From Octopus vulgaris (taxonomy: Eukaryota), in the NCBI GenBank assembly GCA_951406725.2, contig OX597817.1, positions 38,130,001 through 38,194,000 on the forward strand: a stretch of 64,000 bases of DNA, in the 5' to 3' direction. Positions 41,641-56,022 of this stretch are shown in pieces (position 1 is the stretch's first letter; every line of letters begins with the position of its first letter). A program made the translations under genes and the position numbers. Below the pieces are notes generated by a model. It had not been told where the DNA came from. It made no database searches and saw only the letters and a list, made by a program, of their open reading frames with translations.

Positions 41641-42642
41641 GAGCTATAATGATAGCGAGTAGAATATTGGGTTAAAAAATCCGTGGATAAAAAAAGTATA
41701 ATGGTAGAACATCTGTAAACATGACAAATGTTCTACCATTATACCAAAGTAATCCTTCGTATTTTCTCCATCTATTTTTTGGAATAGCTGAAATAAAAAT
41801 CGGTGGTGTTGAAGTATTTAGTTTCTTTCTTCATTCTGGATTAAAATCTCGCTAGATGTGTATGGGAAGTTGGGCTATTGCTTTCTATTCTCCTGGAAAC
41901 TGATATAAAATCGACCCTAGGTATGAACCTATAATATCAGGTGGTTAAGATGCTGAACTCATGATCATAACCTTGTGAACACGATTCCTAGACCGGGTGG
42001 GAAGGTTAACCTTGCGACTGACTGGAGTCTGGTCCAGTGGTAAGAATTTTACTCTTTGTCGCTTAACGCCCCAGAAAGTGATGTAAAAGCTTTTTGCTTC
42101 CAAACAGATTTTAACTTCATTACTCTTTTACTTAGCTTCCCTATCTCAGCGAGAAATAGCAACTAAATCTCCCTCAAATCACACCATACCGTCTTATATA
42201 AGGCAGGACACATTATCTAGGGCTACATTCTAATGTAGCCCTAGGTAAATTTATAAAAAACGAAATGAGCTAATAATGAGCTAAAGGAAATAATTGAAGT
42301 AGATCAATGACAATACTTTAGATCAATATGTTAAGAAGCTGACATGCTGAATGGTCTATGCAAGAAACTAGAAAGTTTCCTTTCTAGTAAAGAAAGGAGC
42401 ACAAAAATTTAGAGGTAATTGTTAGTGACTCACAAAGAAAAGGGGAGATAATTTTATCTCCTATTTATGTCGTCAGTTGACCAACCAGAAGTAGCTGTTA
42501 AATTTTTCTCGAATCATAATGTATTGTCTTTAAAAAAATGACAAAGAACACATCGTGGATATACTGTAAGAAAGAATGTCTTTTGATTATAGGTCAACTC
42601 AAACAAGACTGAATTGGGGGAGGGGGGCTATACACCACCACC

Positions 42643-42678
<36 letters not shown>

Positions 42679-43409
42679 AACAACAACAGCAACAGCAATT
42701 ACAACAGCTTCAACTTTGAAACACGCAGACGTTTGTTCGCAGACGTTTGTTCGTTTCCACCAATAATTTCATCACCATAGTCTCCATTTCTGCCATCACC
42801 TTACTCCCACTCAATATTTCTTTCGTTCTTCCTATTTCCCCTTTCCTACTCCTTCTCCCAGTTCCTCATCGTTCCCTTCACATCCCCTCCACACACACTA
42901 TTTCTCTCTCTCTCTCTCGCTTTCTCCCCCTCTCTCTCTCTTCCTTCCTCTCTCTCTCTCTTCATTCCCTTTTCTCCTTCATACTTGGCTTTGCTCACTC
43001 ACGTAAAAGAAAAAAATTGCCCCTCTTCATTAAAACATCTTCAGTATATTCAGCCTAGCTCTCCAAGGGTGGGGAGTACGGGGTTTAGGGTTAGATAGGA
43101 GGATGATGAGGAGGGTAAGGTGTAAAGAAGCAGCACGGTTCTGGTGGGGCTGGTGACTGGCAATGGTGGGTTGGAGGATCTGACAGCTTGCCATCCGTTC
43201 ACACTTTAACCTATCAGAACCCACGATCTCTTCTTTTTCGCTCCATTCATGATTTTTTTCCCTTTCTCTTTTTCTCTCTCTGTATCCTTCCATTCATCAA
43301 ATCCGATGCTGAGCGCTCCCTCCCTCTACCCCACCACTATCACTATTGCCGCTACTACCCTAACCCCTCATACACAGAATACTCCCTCATAATATCTGCC
43401 GCACTTGTC

Positions 43410-43411
43410 AT

Positions 43412-43461
<50 letters not shown>

Positions 43462-43652
43462 ATATTGTTAATAATAATAATCATACTTCTGCTGCTGCTG
43501 TTGCTGCTGCCGCTGTTGCTGCTGCTGCTGTTGCTGCTGCCGCTGTTGCTGCTGCTGCTGTTGCTGCTGCAGCTGCTACGATTACAACCACTACTGCTGC
43601 TGCTGCTACTACTACTACTACAACTACTACTACTACCACCACCACCACCACC

Positions 43653-43705
<53 letters not shown>

Positions 43706-43710
43706 CACCA

Positions 43711-43745
<35 letters not shown>

Positions 43746-43859
43746 TTGTTAATAATAATAATCATACTTCTGCTGCTGCTGTTGCTGCTGTTGCTGCTGT
43801 TGCTACTGCTGCTGCAGCTGCTACGACTACGACCACTACTGCTGCTCCTGCTACTGCTG

Positions 43860-43892
<33 letters not shown>

Positions 43893-44620
43893 TTACTACT
43901 ACCACTACCACTACTACTACTACCACTACCACTACTACTACCACTACTACTACTACTGCTACTACTACTACTACTACTACTACAACTACTACTTCCATGC
44001 TGTTACTATAAGTATCACCACCACCACCACAATTACTATAAATGTCCGGCACCCCCTCCACCCCCCAGTCGAATTCTGCAACCCTTGCCAGCTAACACCA
44101 ACACAATAACCTTCAATAGTGTTGCCACCACCAAGAACATCAACAGCAACATCAACAACAAACAAACAACACTGCCAACACCGTCATCACCAACACTAGC
44201 AATACGATCAACAACAGCATCAACACCACCATCTGTGGCGCCAACAGCAATAACACCATCTCCCAGTAACACATAAAGAAAGTACCGACGGCATCGCTTA
44301 ATTATCAACAAGAACAATGGGAATTCTGCAAACAAACACCCCGAACACCATCGTCAACAATAATACTATCAAACAAGTTTACATACAGCAACACCAAAAG
44401 CATTAACACTGACATCACCACCACCCACATGCACCATCGGCAACACCATCAACACCAGCACCACCTACATCAACGTCAATACCACCAACAGCATCAACAC
44501 AGTTGCCGCAATCACCACTGGGAACCCCAGCAGCAGCACCACCACCATTACCACAACCACCAGAACCACCACCACCACCACCATCACAACCAGCACCACC
44601 GCCATCACCACTATCATATA
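43410..44620. repeat. Compound trinucleotide field (ACT/GCT/ACC/AAC) with internal block duplication
   Basis: The block tattgttaataataataatcatacttctgctgctgctgttgctgctg occurs at ~43463 and ~43744. Confidence 0.9.
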
Positions 44621-44949
44621 CTACTTGTTTCTCCTCCATCATCAATATTTCTTTTTCTCTTTGATTTTCTCCTCATCTCTCACTCCTGTCCCTCTCCACC
44701 CCTCTCTCACATACGCTTACACACACACACACACGCGCGCACACACGCACGCACGCACACACACACGCACGCACACACACGCTGTCTTTCTCTTGCCCTT
44801 CTTCCATCTCCGCCATAGCCACTATCCACAACAAGCAACTATTCATTGATGATGATTCTCAATCCCGCCCCTGCACGCCTTCGCTTCCCGTCACAATACT
44901 AACAGCATTTAATGAATGACATAGTCATTAGTGCATCGTATATAATTGA

Positions 44950-45310
44950 TTCAAACATAGGCACTAGGCCTGAAATTTGGGGAAGGGGATCAGTCGATTA
45001 TATCGACCCCGGTACTTGACTGGTACTTTATTTTATCGATCTCAAAAAGATGAAAGGCAAGGTTGACCTCGGAGGAGTTTCTATTCAGAATGTGAAACAC
45101 TATAATTAATTACCGCAAGGCATTTTGCCTGATGTTCTAACGATTTTGCCAATCCACCGGATATAATTAATGTCAAACTACAATACAATATCTTGTTATA
45201 CTTCTTCCGGTTCTGAGTTCAAATCCCACCAAGATCAACTTTACCGTTTATCATTCCTGGATTGATGAAATAAAGTACCAGTTATGAACTGTGGTCCATA
45301 TAAGTGGTTG
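44950..45310. mobile_element. Two old SINE family B relics in divergent orientation (~44950-45160 minus, ~45200-45310 plus)
   Basis: gtcgattatatcgaccccggtacttgactggtactt...gaaaggcaaggttgacctcgg and ttctgagttcaaatcccaccaagatcaacttt. Confidence 0.7.
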
Positions 45311-46898
45311 TGTGTAGTCATGTGAGGCCAGTGATCTGAACTGGGAGACTCTTACTCCAGCACATGCAGGAATTTTTTTCTTTAATTTATGGAAGACCAG
45401 CAGTTTCTTATACAATACCAACACCAACACCAACACCACCATCAACAGCGTTATCAACGCCACCACCAACATTATCAGCGCCACTTCTTTCACCATCAAC
45501 ACTATCATCACCATCAGCATCATCAGGATCATCACCACAAGCATTATCAATACTAACAACGACACCATCAACACCACCAACAAAACAAACACTACCACGA
45601 CCGCTAAGACTCTCGGCACCACGACCTACACCACCAACACTACCACCAAGACCTTCAATACCAACAGAAACAGCACCATCAACACTAGCAGCACCAAAGA
45701 CACCAACAGCATCACCAGCACCAACAAGAACACCGCTGCCCATACGATCAACTCTGTTAGCAACACCATCAGCATTATCAGAAATATCACAGATGTCAAT
45801 AACACCACCAACAACACCACTAGCACTAGCACCGATACCATAAACAACACCACCAACAACAATAGCAACGCCACCAATGATGTCTTAGAGAAAAGCATGA
45901 TCTTGATAAAGTTAAGCACCAAACCGTCAGAAAGCAAAGAGCCGGAATAGATACCGTCAGGCGTCATGTCCAACACTCTAAGAATTCCATGTACAGATAA
46001 AGGTACCAGGATTGCTACATTTATCTGTAAACAACCAAAGAATAAAAGATTGCAGTGAGCTGAAACAAACAGCGCAACATAATCTATCCGATCTTCTATC
46101 CATTCTGCGAATTCGCAACCTTAAAACGATTACATGTCTTCACCAAATTTGTGAATTTGTGCTTATGTTAGGAATCAGGAGACTATAGACGATTTGGCAA
46201 GTCCTTGGCAAAGCAGTGTTATAATGGAAGAAGGGCACTGCTTGTTTGATGCTCTCTCTAAAGACACGGAAGTATGAATAACCGAAATGCACGCAGGGTG
46301 ACTAGTCTTTTTCTGTAAAGTGGTTCCAATGAAAGATGCATGGTAAATTCGTTTGAAAGATTTGAAGGTAAACATTTTCCCTTTCGGACCAAATTTTCGT
46401 TTACTTTGAGTACCACTTTTGAAAGAAATCGAGAGTAGACATGGAAGAGTTGCATAACGTGGCTGAATTAGTCTACTCTGAGTGTGCTTTTCTAAGTAGG
46501 AAGAAACTGCTAGAGGATACTTCGATCCCTTGAATGTGGTAGAGTAATCCAGGCGCAAACAACAGTACAATAGAAAATATATTAGCCTGTTGTTACTGAA
46601 CATTCATAATTTTGTAATTTGCCAATCTATCCGAAACGTATGTAAGCTGGTTAAATAATGCATAATTCTCCATTCCTTTGTTCTGCACACACACACACAA
46701 ACAAACACAAATACTCACAAACACACACACATTCTCTTCTCAAAACCTCGCATAAAGGGTCCAGCCTATCATCAGTCCTTCCTCTGTCGAGAAGTTCTTT
46801 TGGTTTTGCAAGTTAGAAGGCGAGGCAAACTTGTGCGGAGCCACGAAAAAATACCCAGTTCAATCTCAAAGAGGTGTCAATAAGAATGGATTCCAGGT

Positions 46899-47264
46899 GG
46901 AAGCACTCCGTCGGTTACGACGACGAGGGTTCCGGTTGATCCGAATCAACGGAACAGCCTGCTCGTGAAATTAACGTGTAAGTGGCTGAGCACTCCACAG
47001 ACACGTGTACCCTTAACGTAGTTCTCGGGGATATTCAGCGTGACACGGCCCTTTGAAATACAGGTACAACAGAAACAGGAAGTAAGAGTGAGAGAAAGTT
47101 GTGGTGAAAGAGTACAGCAGGGATCACCACCATCCCCTGCCGGAGCCTCGTGGAGCTTTAGGTGTTTTCGCTCAATAAACACTCACAACGCCCGGTCTGG
47201 GAATCGAAACCGCGATCCTATGACCGCGAGTCCGCTGCCCTAACCACTGGGCCATTGCGCCTCC
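46899..47264 (-). mobile_element. Full-length tRNA-derived SINE, family C, with 11-bp TSD
   Basis: Minus-strand head GGAGGCGCAATGGCCCAGTGGTTAGG...GGTTTCGATTCCC (A and B boxes). TSD GGATTCCAGGT at 46888-46898 and 47265-47275. The 3' half is shared with 58670-58990. Confidence 0.93.
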
Positions 47265-47847
47265 GGATTCCAGGTATAGAAACGATTTTAAAACTGAGAA
47301 AGTGGATCATTTTCACTGGTTTCTTTAGGTGGCTATTTTATAGTACCTTACATGAGAAGATATTGCTGGGCCCTACTTCAACTCCATGTCCATTTCCCTT
47401 CATGACCTTCCAATATAAAGTAATCGTTTATTGGAGAGAGAGGGAGAGAGAGAGAGAGTAAGAGAAAGAGAGAGACAGACAGAGTGATAGAGAGAGAGGG
47501 GGAAAGAAAGAGGAGAGACAGACAGATAGGCAGACGGATGGACAGACGACGGACAGACAGCAGAAACAGGGAGAGAAGGGGGAATCGATCGCAATATTTG
47601 ACTGATACCTCACTTATCGATATTGGAATGATTAAAGACAAGCTGAGAATGAATGCGTGCACTTCTGTGCTTGTGCATTTGTGTTGAAGGGGTGGAGATG
47701 TTGCAGGTGTATATAAGTGTTTACGAATGTGTACTTGTAAATGTGTTTATTGGAGAATGTGTGAATGTATATGATATGTCTATATGTGCATGATTGTGCT
47801 TGAATGCATGTGTGTGTATTTGGGAGGGAGAGTGAGAAACGGCATTG

Positions 47848-47896
<49 letters not shown>

Positions 47897-48227
47897 AAAA
47901 GTGTGCGGTTAAGAACCGTGCTCTGCAACAAGTGTGGCGTGGTACCCCGGGCATATGTATACTTCTATAACTCCGAAATAAAGCATTTTTTTAGCACTGG
48001 AAATCTATATGGTCGTCTGCATCTGAGGAGTGCGGTTTCTTTCAAATTGATGTAATGTTTTCAACGATCGATTAATGGAGTCGCTTGAAACGGCCGTAAT
48101 GCATTGATACCTGGACTATACCGAACTGGCTTGGTGCCTCAATTTAAGTATCTAATTCAACTGAATCTTAATCAGACGCAGTGTAATGACTGAAACAAGT
48201 AAAAGATAATACATACACATGCATATA

Positions 48228-48319
<92 letters not shown>

Positions 48320-48321
48320 TT

Positions 48322-48950
48322 AGGTTTGTTAAAATATGTTTGTAACGTATTTCAACTGCCAAAAAGTAAATTCACTGCAGTTACCGTGGAGAAAAAATAC
48401 TTTTTCTCTCAGGGTAAAAACGTGTAAAAAAAACACATCTGTCTAATGCTGCCCTATGACACGTTTCTAGGTCTTTAGCCATTATCAAAGGGAAAGCAGT
48501 TTGGGACAAACTTAATTAAAGTCATAGCTTTAACTAAAATATAGTCAGCAATATTGACTGAAAAAAATTTTGTGGTTGAAATATGTCACAATCATATTTT
48601 AACTAACCTAAATTTCGTTTATGCCTAAACACTACTTGGCGCTAATACTGCTGTAATTTTTTTTCTGACTTGGCGGTCCAATGACGCAACTCAGTCACTG
48701 TTGTTGACTGTGTTTTAGTTAAAGCTACGGCTTTAATTAAGTCTGTCCAGAGTTACCTCTCTTCGGTATTTCCCATTGATAAAGGCAAAAGAGCTAGAAA
48801 CGCGTCTGGGAATTCATCAGGGGGCAGCACTGAGCTGATATGGCGTCTTTACACCTTTTTACAATAAGAGAGAATATTTTTTCTTCAAAATAACTGCAGT
48901 GAATTTGCCTTTAGAAGCTTAAATTTATCACAAACATGTTTTAACTAACT
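48322..48950. mobile_element. Old fold-back/MITE with ~240-bp imperfect terminal inverted arms
   Basis: gttaaaatatgtttgt..aaattcactgcagtta..cttaattaaagtcatagctttaactaaaat..agtcagcaa (48322-48560) pairs with ttgttgact..ttttagttaaagctacggctttaattaag..taactgcagtgaattt..acaaacatgttttaac (48692-48950). Confidence 0.8.
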
Positions 48951-49005
48951 GAAAGTTAGCTTATCCATAAACACTGCTCGGCGCAATTACTGGTGTAAAA
49001 TGTGC

Positions 49006-49063
<58 letters not shown>

Positions 49064-49093
49064 ACGTGTGTGTGTATGCATGTGTATGTATTA

Positions 49094-49303
49094 TCTTTTA
49101 CTTGTTTCAGTCATTGCCTTGAAGAATTTTGTCGAGTGAATCGATCTCATTTGCCGAACCGCTAAGTTACAGAGACGTAAATACACCAACACTGATTGTC
49201 AAGCGGTGAGGAGGGAATGACAAACACAAACAGACACATACATACACACGACACGCACGCACACACAGAAACATACAGGTGCGCGTGCACGCATACAAAC
49301 ACG

Positions 49304-49334
<31 letters not shown>

Positions 49335-49835
49335 TTATAAATATACAACAGGCTTCTTGCATTTTCAGTCTATCCAAATCCATTCACAAGGCTCGAGGTT
49401 GTCTCGAGGTAACAGTAGAAGACACTTGCCCCAGGGTGTCGTGCATGCCAGTCATTTGACTGTGACCATGCTGGAGCACCGCCCTTAGTCAAGCAAATCG
49501 ACTCCAGGACTTATTCTTTGTAAGCCTAGTACTTATTCTATCGGTCTCGTTTGCCGAACCGCTAAGTTACGGAGACATAAACACACCAGCATCGGTTGTC
49601 AAGCGATGTGGCGGGGTGGGGGTGACAAACACAGACACACAAACATATACACGCACACACATACATATAAACATATATACGACGGGCTTCTTTCAGTTTC
49701 CGTCTACCAAATCCACTCACAAGACTTTGGTCGGCCCGCGGCTATAGTAGAAGACACTTGCCCAAGGTGCCACGCAGTGGGACTGAACCCGGAACCATGT
49801 GGCTGGTAAGCAAGGTACTTTACCACACAGCCACT

Positions 49836-49885
<50 letters not shown>

Positions 49886-50170
49886 TGGCACCTTGGGCAA
49901 GTGCGTTCTACTATAGCCTCGGGCCGACTAAAGCCTTGTGTGTGGATTATATATTACACCACACACACACACACACACACATATATACGCGCGCGCGCGA
50001 ATTTGTGTCTGTGTTTATCACTCCCCATCTGCTTGAAATTAGTGCTGGCTTGTTAGTGTACCCGTCACTAAGACTCAAACTTAACTACCGGGGTGAGCGA
50101 TTTGCTCGGCTAAAACCTTTGAAGGTGGTGCCCCAGCATGGCCGCAACTCAATGACTGAAACAAATAAAA
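49094..50170. mobile_element. Cluster of three SINE family A copies (49094-49440 minus, 49449-49836 minus, 49882-50170 plus)
   Basis: Direct similarity to 8481-8902. The last two copies sit head-to-head around (TA)n. Confidence 0.88.
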
Positions 50171-50689
50171 GTCTAAAAAAAAATATTTATATATATAAAA
50201 TGCACCAGTCAAATACTGGGGCAGAATTCATTCAACTCTGTCTTCCTTTCTTCTTCCTCCTATCTCATAAATTCGTGGCCTTATGCCTACATTTCAACTC
50301 CGCCTCCTGATCATCATTTTTTCATTCAATATTCCTCTTCATTCAAATCTGTATCCTCCATCTGTCAAATCAAATGTCCCCATTCATCCTGCCAGCCGAC
50401 CAACCAGCCAGGCACTCAGCCAGCCAGCAAGACACCCATCTCATCAACTTTACTACACACAATCTTCAACATTCCCTCACCGCCGCCGCCTGCTCTCTTT
50501 AATCAATGTGCTTCATTCTTCCCTAAACTTTATTACGCGCATGTGCATGCATGTGTTTATGAATGTATGTGTAATATGTATGAATGTATGCATGTATACA
50601 AAGGTGTGTGTTTTGTTATTATTGTCTTATCATAAAATTATATACGACGTATGTATATGAGTACGTATGCGTGTGTAATTTTATTTACA

Positions 50690-50723
50690 TGTGAGTTTAT
50701 GCGGTGTATGTATGTGTGTATGC

Positions 50724-50756
<33 letters not shown>

Positions 50757-50862
50757 CATACATATATACACATGCCTGAATGTATATAATGCTCTTCATC
50801 CAGCTGTCTATCTTTCTTTTTTATCACTCATACAACACGTATTCGCTTATCTTTAATCTCAT

Positions 50863-50923
<61 letters not shown>

Positions 50924-50963
50924 AATCGCTCACTCCCTACATATATATATAAATATATACATG

Positions 50964-51008
<45 letters not shown>

Positions 51009-51518
51009 TTTTCTTTTTTTACTTTCTATCCGCCCTTTCTCCGTCGTCTCTTTTCCAGATTTCCATTCATTTCCTCTCCCTACGCTTCTCGCCTTCATTC
51101 TCAAACTCTCTAATCTTTCCCACCGCACTCCATCACATCGTGACGCCCTTTCTTTCACTCCCTCACACACCACACATATACACATATGTATACACACATA
51201 CACACACTCATATATATATATATTTATATCACTCCAACTCTTTGTACCACCCACCTACTCTCTCTTCATAAAGATACTCTGCTCCTGATGCAGTTGATAG
51301 TAGTGCAGATGCAACAACACTAGCAACAGCAACAGCAGCAGCAGCAGCAGCAACGTCTTTCGCTGCTGTTGCTACTGAGGCTGCTGCTGCTGCTGCAGCT
51401 GATGGTGCTGGTGATGTCTACGATGACACCACCGTGTTATTGGATTTTCAATGCCTGTGTAGACGCGCGTGCTTCTGCACGTGCAGCAGCATCTATAGAA
51501 ACACTGAGGTGTTGTTGC

Positions 51519-51549
<31 letters not shown>

Positions 51550-51613
51550 GGTTGTGGTGATAGTGACGGTGGCGGCGGTGATGGTGGTGTTTGTGCACAT
51601 TAATGTTGCAGTG

Positions 51614-51676
<63 letters not shown>

Positions 51677-51678
51677 TG

Positions 51679-51724
<46 letters not shown>

Positions 51725-51736
51725 CATGTATGCATG

Positions 51737-51780
<44 letters not shown>

Positions 51781-52064
51781 ACACACACACACAAGGCTCG
51801 ACGTTGTCTCGAGGTAACAGTAGAAGACACATACATATATATATATATATGTATATATATATAATTATACACACACACACACACACACACGTGTCTATAT
51901 ATGTGCATATACATACGAATGAGTATCAGTGTCTGTGTGTATGTGTGTGTGTCTGTGTGTGTGAGTGCGTGTGTGTATACATGTGTGTATGTGTATGTGA
52001 ATGGTTGTGTTTGCGTGTCTTTGTATCTTAGATACGAGGTATATGTGTGTGTATGTGTGTGTGT

Positions 52065-52105
<41 letters not shown>

Positions 52106-52531
52106 GTGAGGAGTGTGTGGTTGTTTTCATGCTTGTTGTTACTATTATTGTTCCGTGTCTGGCAGTTTATAAATGACACAGTAATGTGATCACACACACA
52201 CACGCACACACGCACACACGCACACACGCACACACACACACACACAGAGGCGCCCACACGGAAACACCACCTCCACCACATCCAGCATGTAGACACTCCC
52301 CACCGTCAACTTTCTCAGTTCCGTGATTGTTTGCTTTTCCATTCAACTTTCTTGCACGAATCTATGAATGCTTGTGTGTATTCACACACACAACCAGACA
52401 CATACATACACACATGCCTAAACACGTATACATGCACACATGTACACATACGTATACAAGCACATACATACACATATCCATCCAGCCTAACATACACATA
52501 TGTACATATGCATACATATATGCACATGTAT

Positions 52532-52583
<52 letters not shown>

Positions 52584-52591
52584 CAGATAGA

Positions 52592-52643
<52 letters not shown>

Positions 52644-52674
52644 TAGACAGACAGATAGACAGACAGACAGACAG

Positions 52675-52706
<32 letters not shown>

Positions 52707-52707
52707 G

Positions 52708-52777
<70 letters not shown>

Positions 52778-52854
52778 TAGACAGACAGACCGACAGACAG
52801 ACAGATAGACAGACAGACAGACAGGCAGGCAGACAGACAGACAGACAGACAAAC

Positions 52855-52907
<53 letters not shown>

Positions 52908-52984
52908 CTACGTATTCTTGAACGGATGTTATACGAATATATGTCTGTGATAATGTCGATGTGTGTGTGTGTATGTGTGTGTGC

Positions 52985-53062
<78 letters not shown>

Positions 53063-53274
53063 ATGAGTGCGTGTGTGTGTATACACTAGCAGAAACATGC
53101 AGAGCAATTTTTTATAGGTGTTTCCAGTGTATATACGAAAGATCTATACAGACAATAGTGTAGACATGTACACCAACGTTGACCGATAACTTCAGATGTG
53201 TTTAGACATGTCAAAAAATATGGCCAAATGCTTGCAAAAGTATCTACGTATTTTGTATGAGTGCATATATGCCC

Positions 53275-53327
<53 letters not shown>

Positions 53328-53484
53328 CATACATACATACATACATCATACATACATACATACATACATATATATATACTTACAAATATACATATAATTT
53401 TGAGGTATGTATGTGTAGATAACATATACATAAATACACATACACGACCTTATTACATGCCTATGAGTGCATATATATGTCCAT

Positions 53485-53528
<44 letters not shown>

Positions 53529-53553
53529 GTGTGTGTGAAAGAGAAAGAGGGAT

Positions 53554-53602
<49 letters not shown>

Positions 53603-53826
53603 TACATAACTGTTTAAGAGTGAGTATGCATGCATTTATACATATATCTATAATTTTATGTCCACTTCGTGATGAGCATATAAACGTATATGAATATATG
53701 AATGAATTAATATATGTATATATGAATGAAATCCTTTTATAAATATGTATGTGTGTGTAAATTCAACCATGAGTATATTAAGAAGTTTGGGGATTTTTTA
53801 AATCTTTTTACGTATCCGTATCCGTG

Positions 53827-53875
<49 letters not shown>

Positions 53876-54026
53876 GTGTGTGTGTGTCTGTGCATGTACC
53901 TACATGTTTCTCTGAGAGTATATGTGTGTGTCTGTCTGCATGACTATGAATTAATAAACCTGAAAAGTATGTCTGTGACCGCGTATCTCTCTTCTCTCTC
54001 TCTCTCACTTTCTCTCCCACTCTTTC

Positions 54027-54071
<45 letters not shown>

Positions 54072-54108
54072 GTTTATATATATGTATATGTACATTCTTA
54101 TATATATA

Positions 54109-54172
<64 letters not shown>

Positions 54173-54286
54173 GATATATGTGTGTATACATATACATATA
54201 TGTATATTCTCATATATACACATATTTGTGTCTGCGACTATGTGAGTATTTATCTATCTATCTATCTATACATACATATGTATATG

Positions 54287-54327
<41 letters not shown>

Positions 54328-54584
54328 CCGTGTTTGTATGTATGTATGTATGTATGTATGTATGTATGTATGTATGTATGTATGTATGCAGGCAGGCATT
54401 GTGCGTATATGTGTGTGAGTGTGTAAGTGTGATTGCATGTATGTGAGATTTGACTATGTGTGAACAGAATTCAATGATTTCATAAATCTATATGAGTGCG
54501 CGTGTGCGCGATTAAACGAATAAATAAATCAATTTGTAAATGTGATATGAATGTATGTGTGTGTGCGTGTAAATATAAGAAGCT

Positions 54585-54651
<67 letters not shown>

Positions 54652-54990
54652 CATATATACATACATATATACATATATATATATATGTATGTATGTATAT
54701 ATATATGTATATATATATATATATATACATACATACACATATATCTATATATGTATATATATATATATGTGTGTGTGTATGTATGTATGTATGTATGTGT
54801 ATATATATATATATACGAATATATGTTTGTACGTATGAAATTGTGGTCGGATGACTTTATAAATACATTATTGATTCAGAATGTTTGTGTAACTGTGTGT
54901 ATTATTGCACATATAAACGGATACATTTTTGTATGTATGTATGTGTGTGTGTGTCTGCGTGTGTGTGTGGTCGCGCGCGCGTGTCTGTGT
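50690..54990. repeat. ~4-kb field of compound microsatellites (TA, CA/TG, CT, TATG, GATA/GACA)
   Basis: Direct reading; source of the YI/CV/HT/LSIY pseudo-ORFs. Confidence 0.95.
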
Positions 54991-55467
54991 GTTTCTCAGA
55001 GACTTAATTTTTTTCCATTACAGAATTGAAACCGGTCACTAACAAAGTGGTAAGGTTCTTTCCTTGTTAATGGTCACCTGACGTGTGTGCATGCACGCGC
55101 ATGTGTGTGTGAGTGCGTGTGTAGTGGGTAGTGTGGGTAATTTTCACCTATGTATTGGGAGTCCATGTCTAGTGTAAGGGCTTCATAACTGTTTATGTGG
55201 ACGTATGAATTTAATGTGTACATGTGACTTCGCGTATACGCTCAAATCAGGAACCTCAAATGGAGAATCCCTGGAATGTTTTATCAATTTTCATTGCACT
55301 AGTACTAATCGATTGTATGAAGTGGGTATGAATTAGTTTGCTTTGATATTTGGAGAAAATCCCAGCTTTTATGCTGTTGGGCTTTTACGCAAATTAGTTG
55401 CCACATAACTCAATGCACCTAAAATAATAGGCACAAATTTATCCATGCATGCATGTATGCATGTACA

Positions 55468-55645
55468 TAGGTAGGTAGGTAGGTAGCTAGCTAGCTAGGT
55501 CGGTAGCTAGGTAAGTAGCTAGGTAGCTAGGTAAGTAGCTAGGTAGCTAGGTAAGTAGCTAGGTAGCTAGGTAAGTAGCTAGGTGGCTAGGTAGCTAGGT
55601 AAGTAGCTAGGTAGCTAGGTAGGTAGGCAGGCAGATAGGCAGGTA
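55468..55645. repeat. Minisatellite of ~20-bp unit GTAGCTAGGTAAGTAGCTAG derived from AGGT/AGCT tetramers
   Basis: Direct reading at 55500-55620. Confidence 0.9.
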
Positions 55646-56022
55646 TGAGTGGATTTCTTGTTTGAGCTCATGCTATATGAAAGTGGCAGTTAATTCAGTA
55701 AGATATACCTTTCTATTAATGAAAATTTTACATTAAGGAAGTTACAGAGCCGTCGAGTTGGCAGTCATGAGATCATCGAACAGAATATGTGGTTTTCGGG
55801 CCATGTTTCTGTGCTTCAAGTTCAAAATCAATTGAGGTCAGTTTTGTCTTTCTTCCTTCGAGGGGTATCAATTCAGTTTCTCTGTCTTTCTATTTCCTCT
55901 CAAACGAAGCCGTAAACTTGAGACCTTTTTAACACGCTTATGTATATGTGTGTGCGTGTGTGTGCATGTGTATGTATATATGTATGTGTGTATAATACTG
56001 GTGTTGGATGCTTTTTTTAAAA

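Noticed and set aside
43188-44276. 362-aa ORF rich in poly-T/A/L/P
   Set aside because: It is the translation of ACT/GCT/ACC trinucleotide arrays, open in several frames on both strands, with no domain or splice support.
45364-45976. Mucin-like Pro/Thr/Ser ORFs
   Set aside because: Decayed (ACC/AAC/ATC)n cryptic simple sequence, the same texture as 44060-44620; overlapping ORFs on both strands.
46180-46640. 142-aa minus-strand ORF or possible transposase relic
   Set aside because: No recognisable catalytic motif in any frame by eye.
47190-47264. tRNA-like sequence with A and B boxes
   Set aside because: It is the head of a TSD-flanked SINE and has no complete acceptor stem; not a tRNA gene.
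55468-55645. Regularly spaced repeats resembling a CRISPR array
   Set aside because: No unique spacers; a simple tandem minisatellite in eukaryotic DNA.
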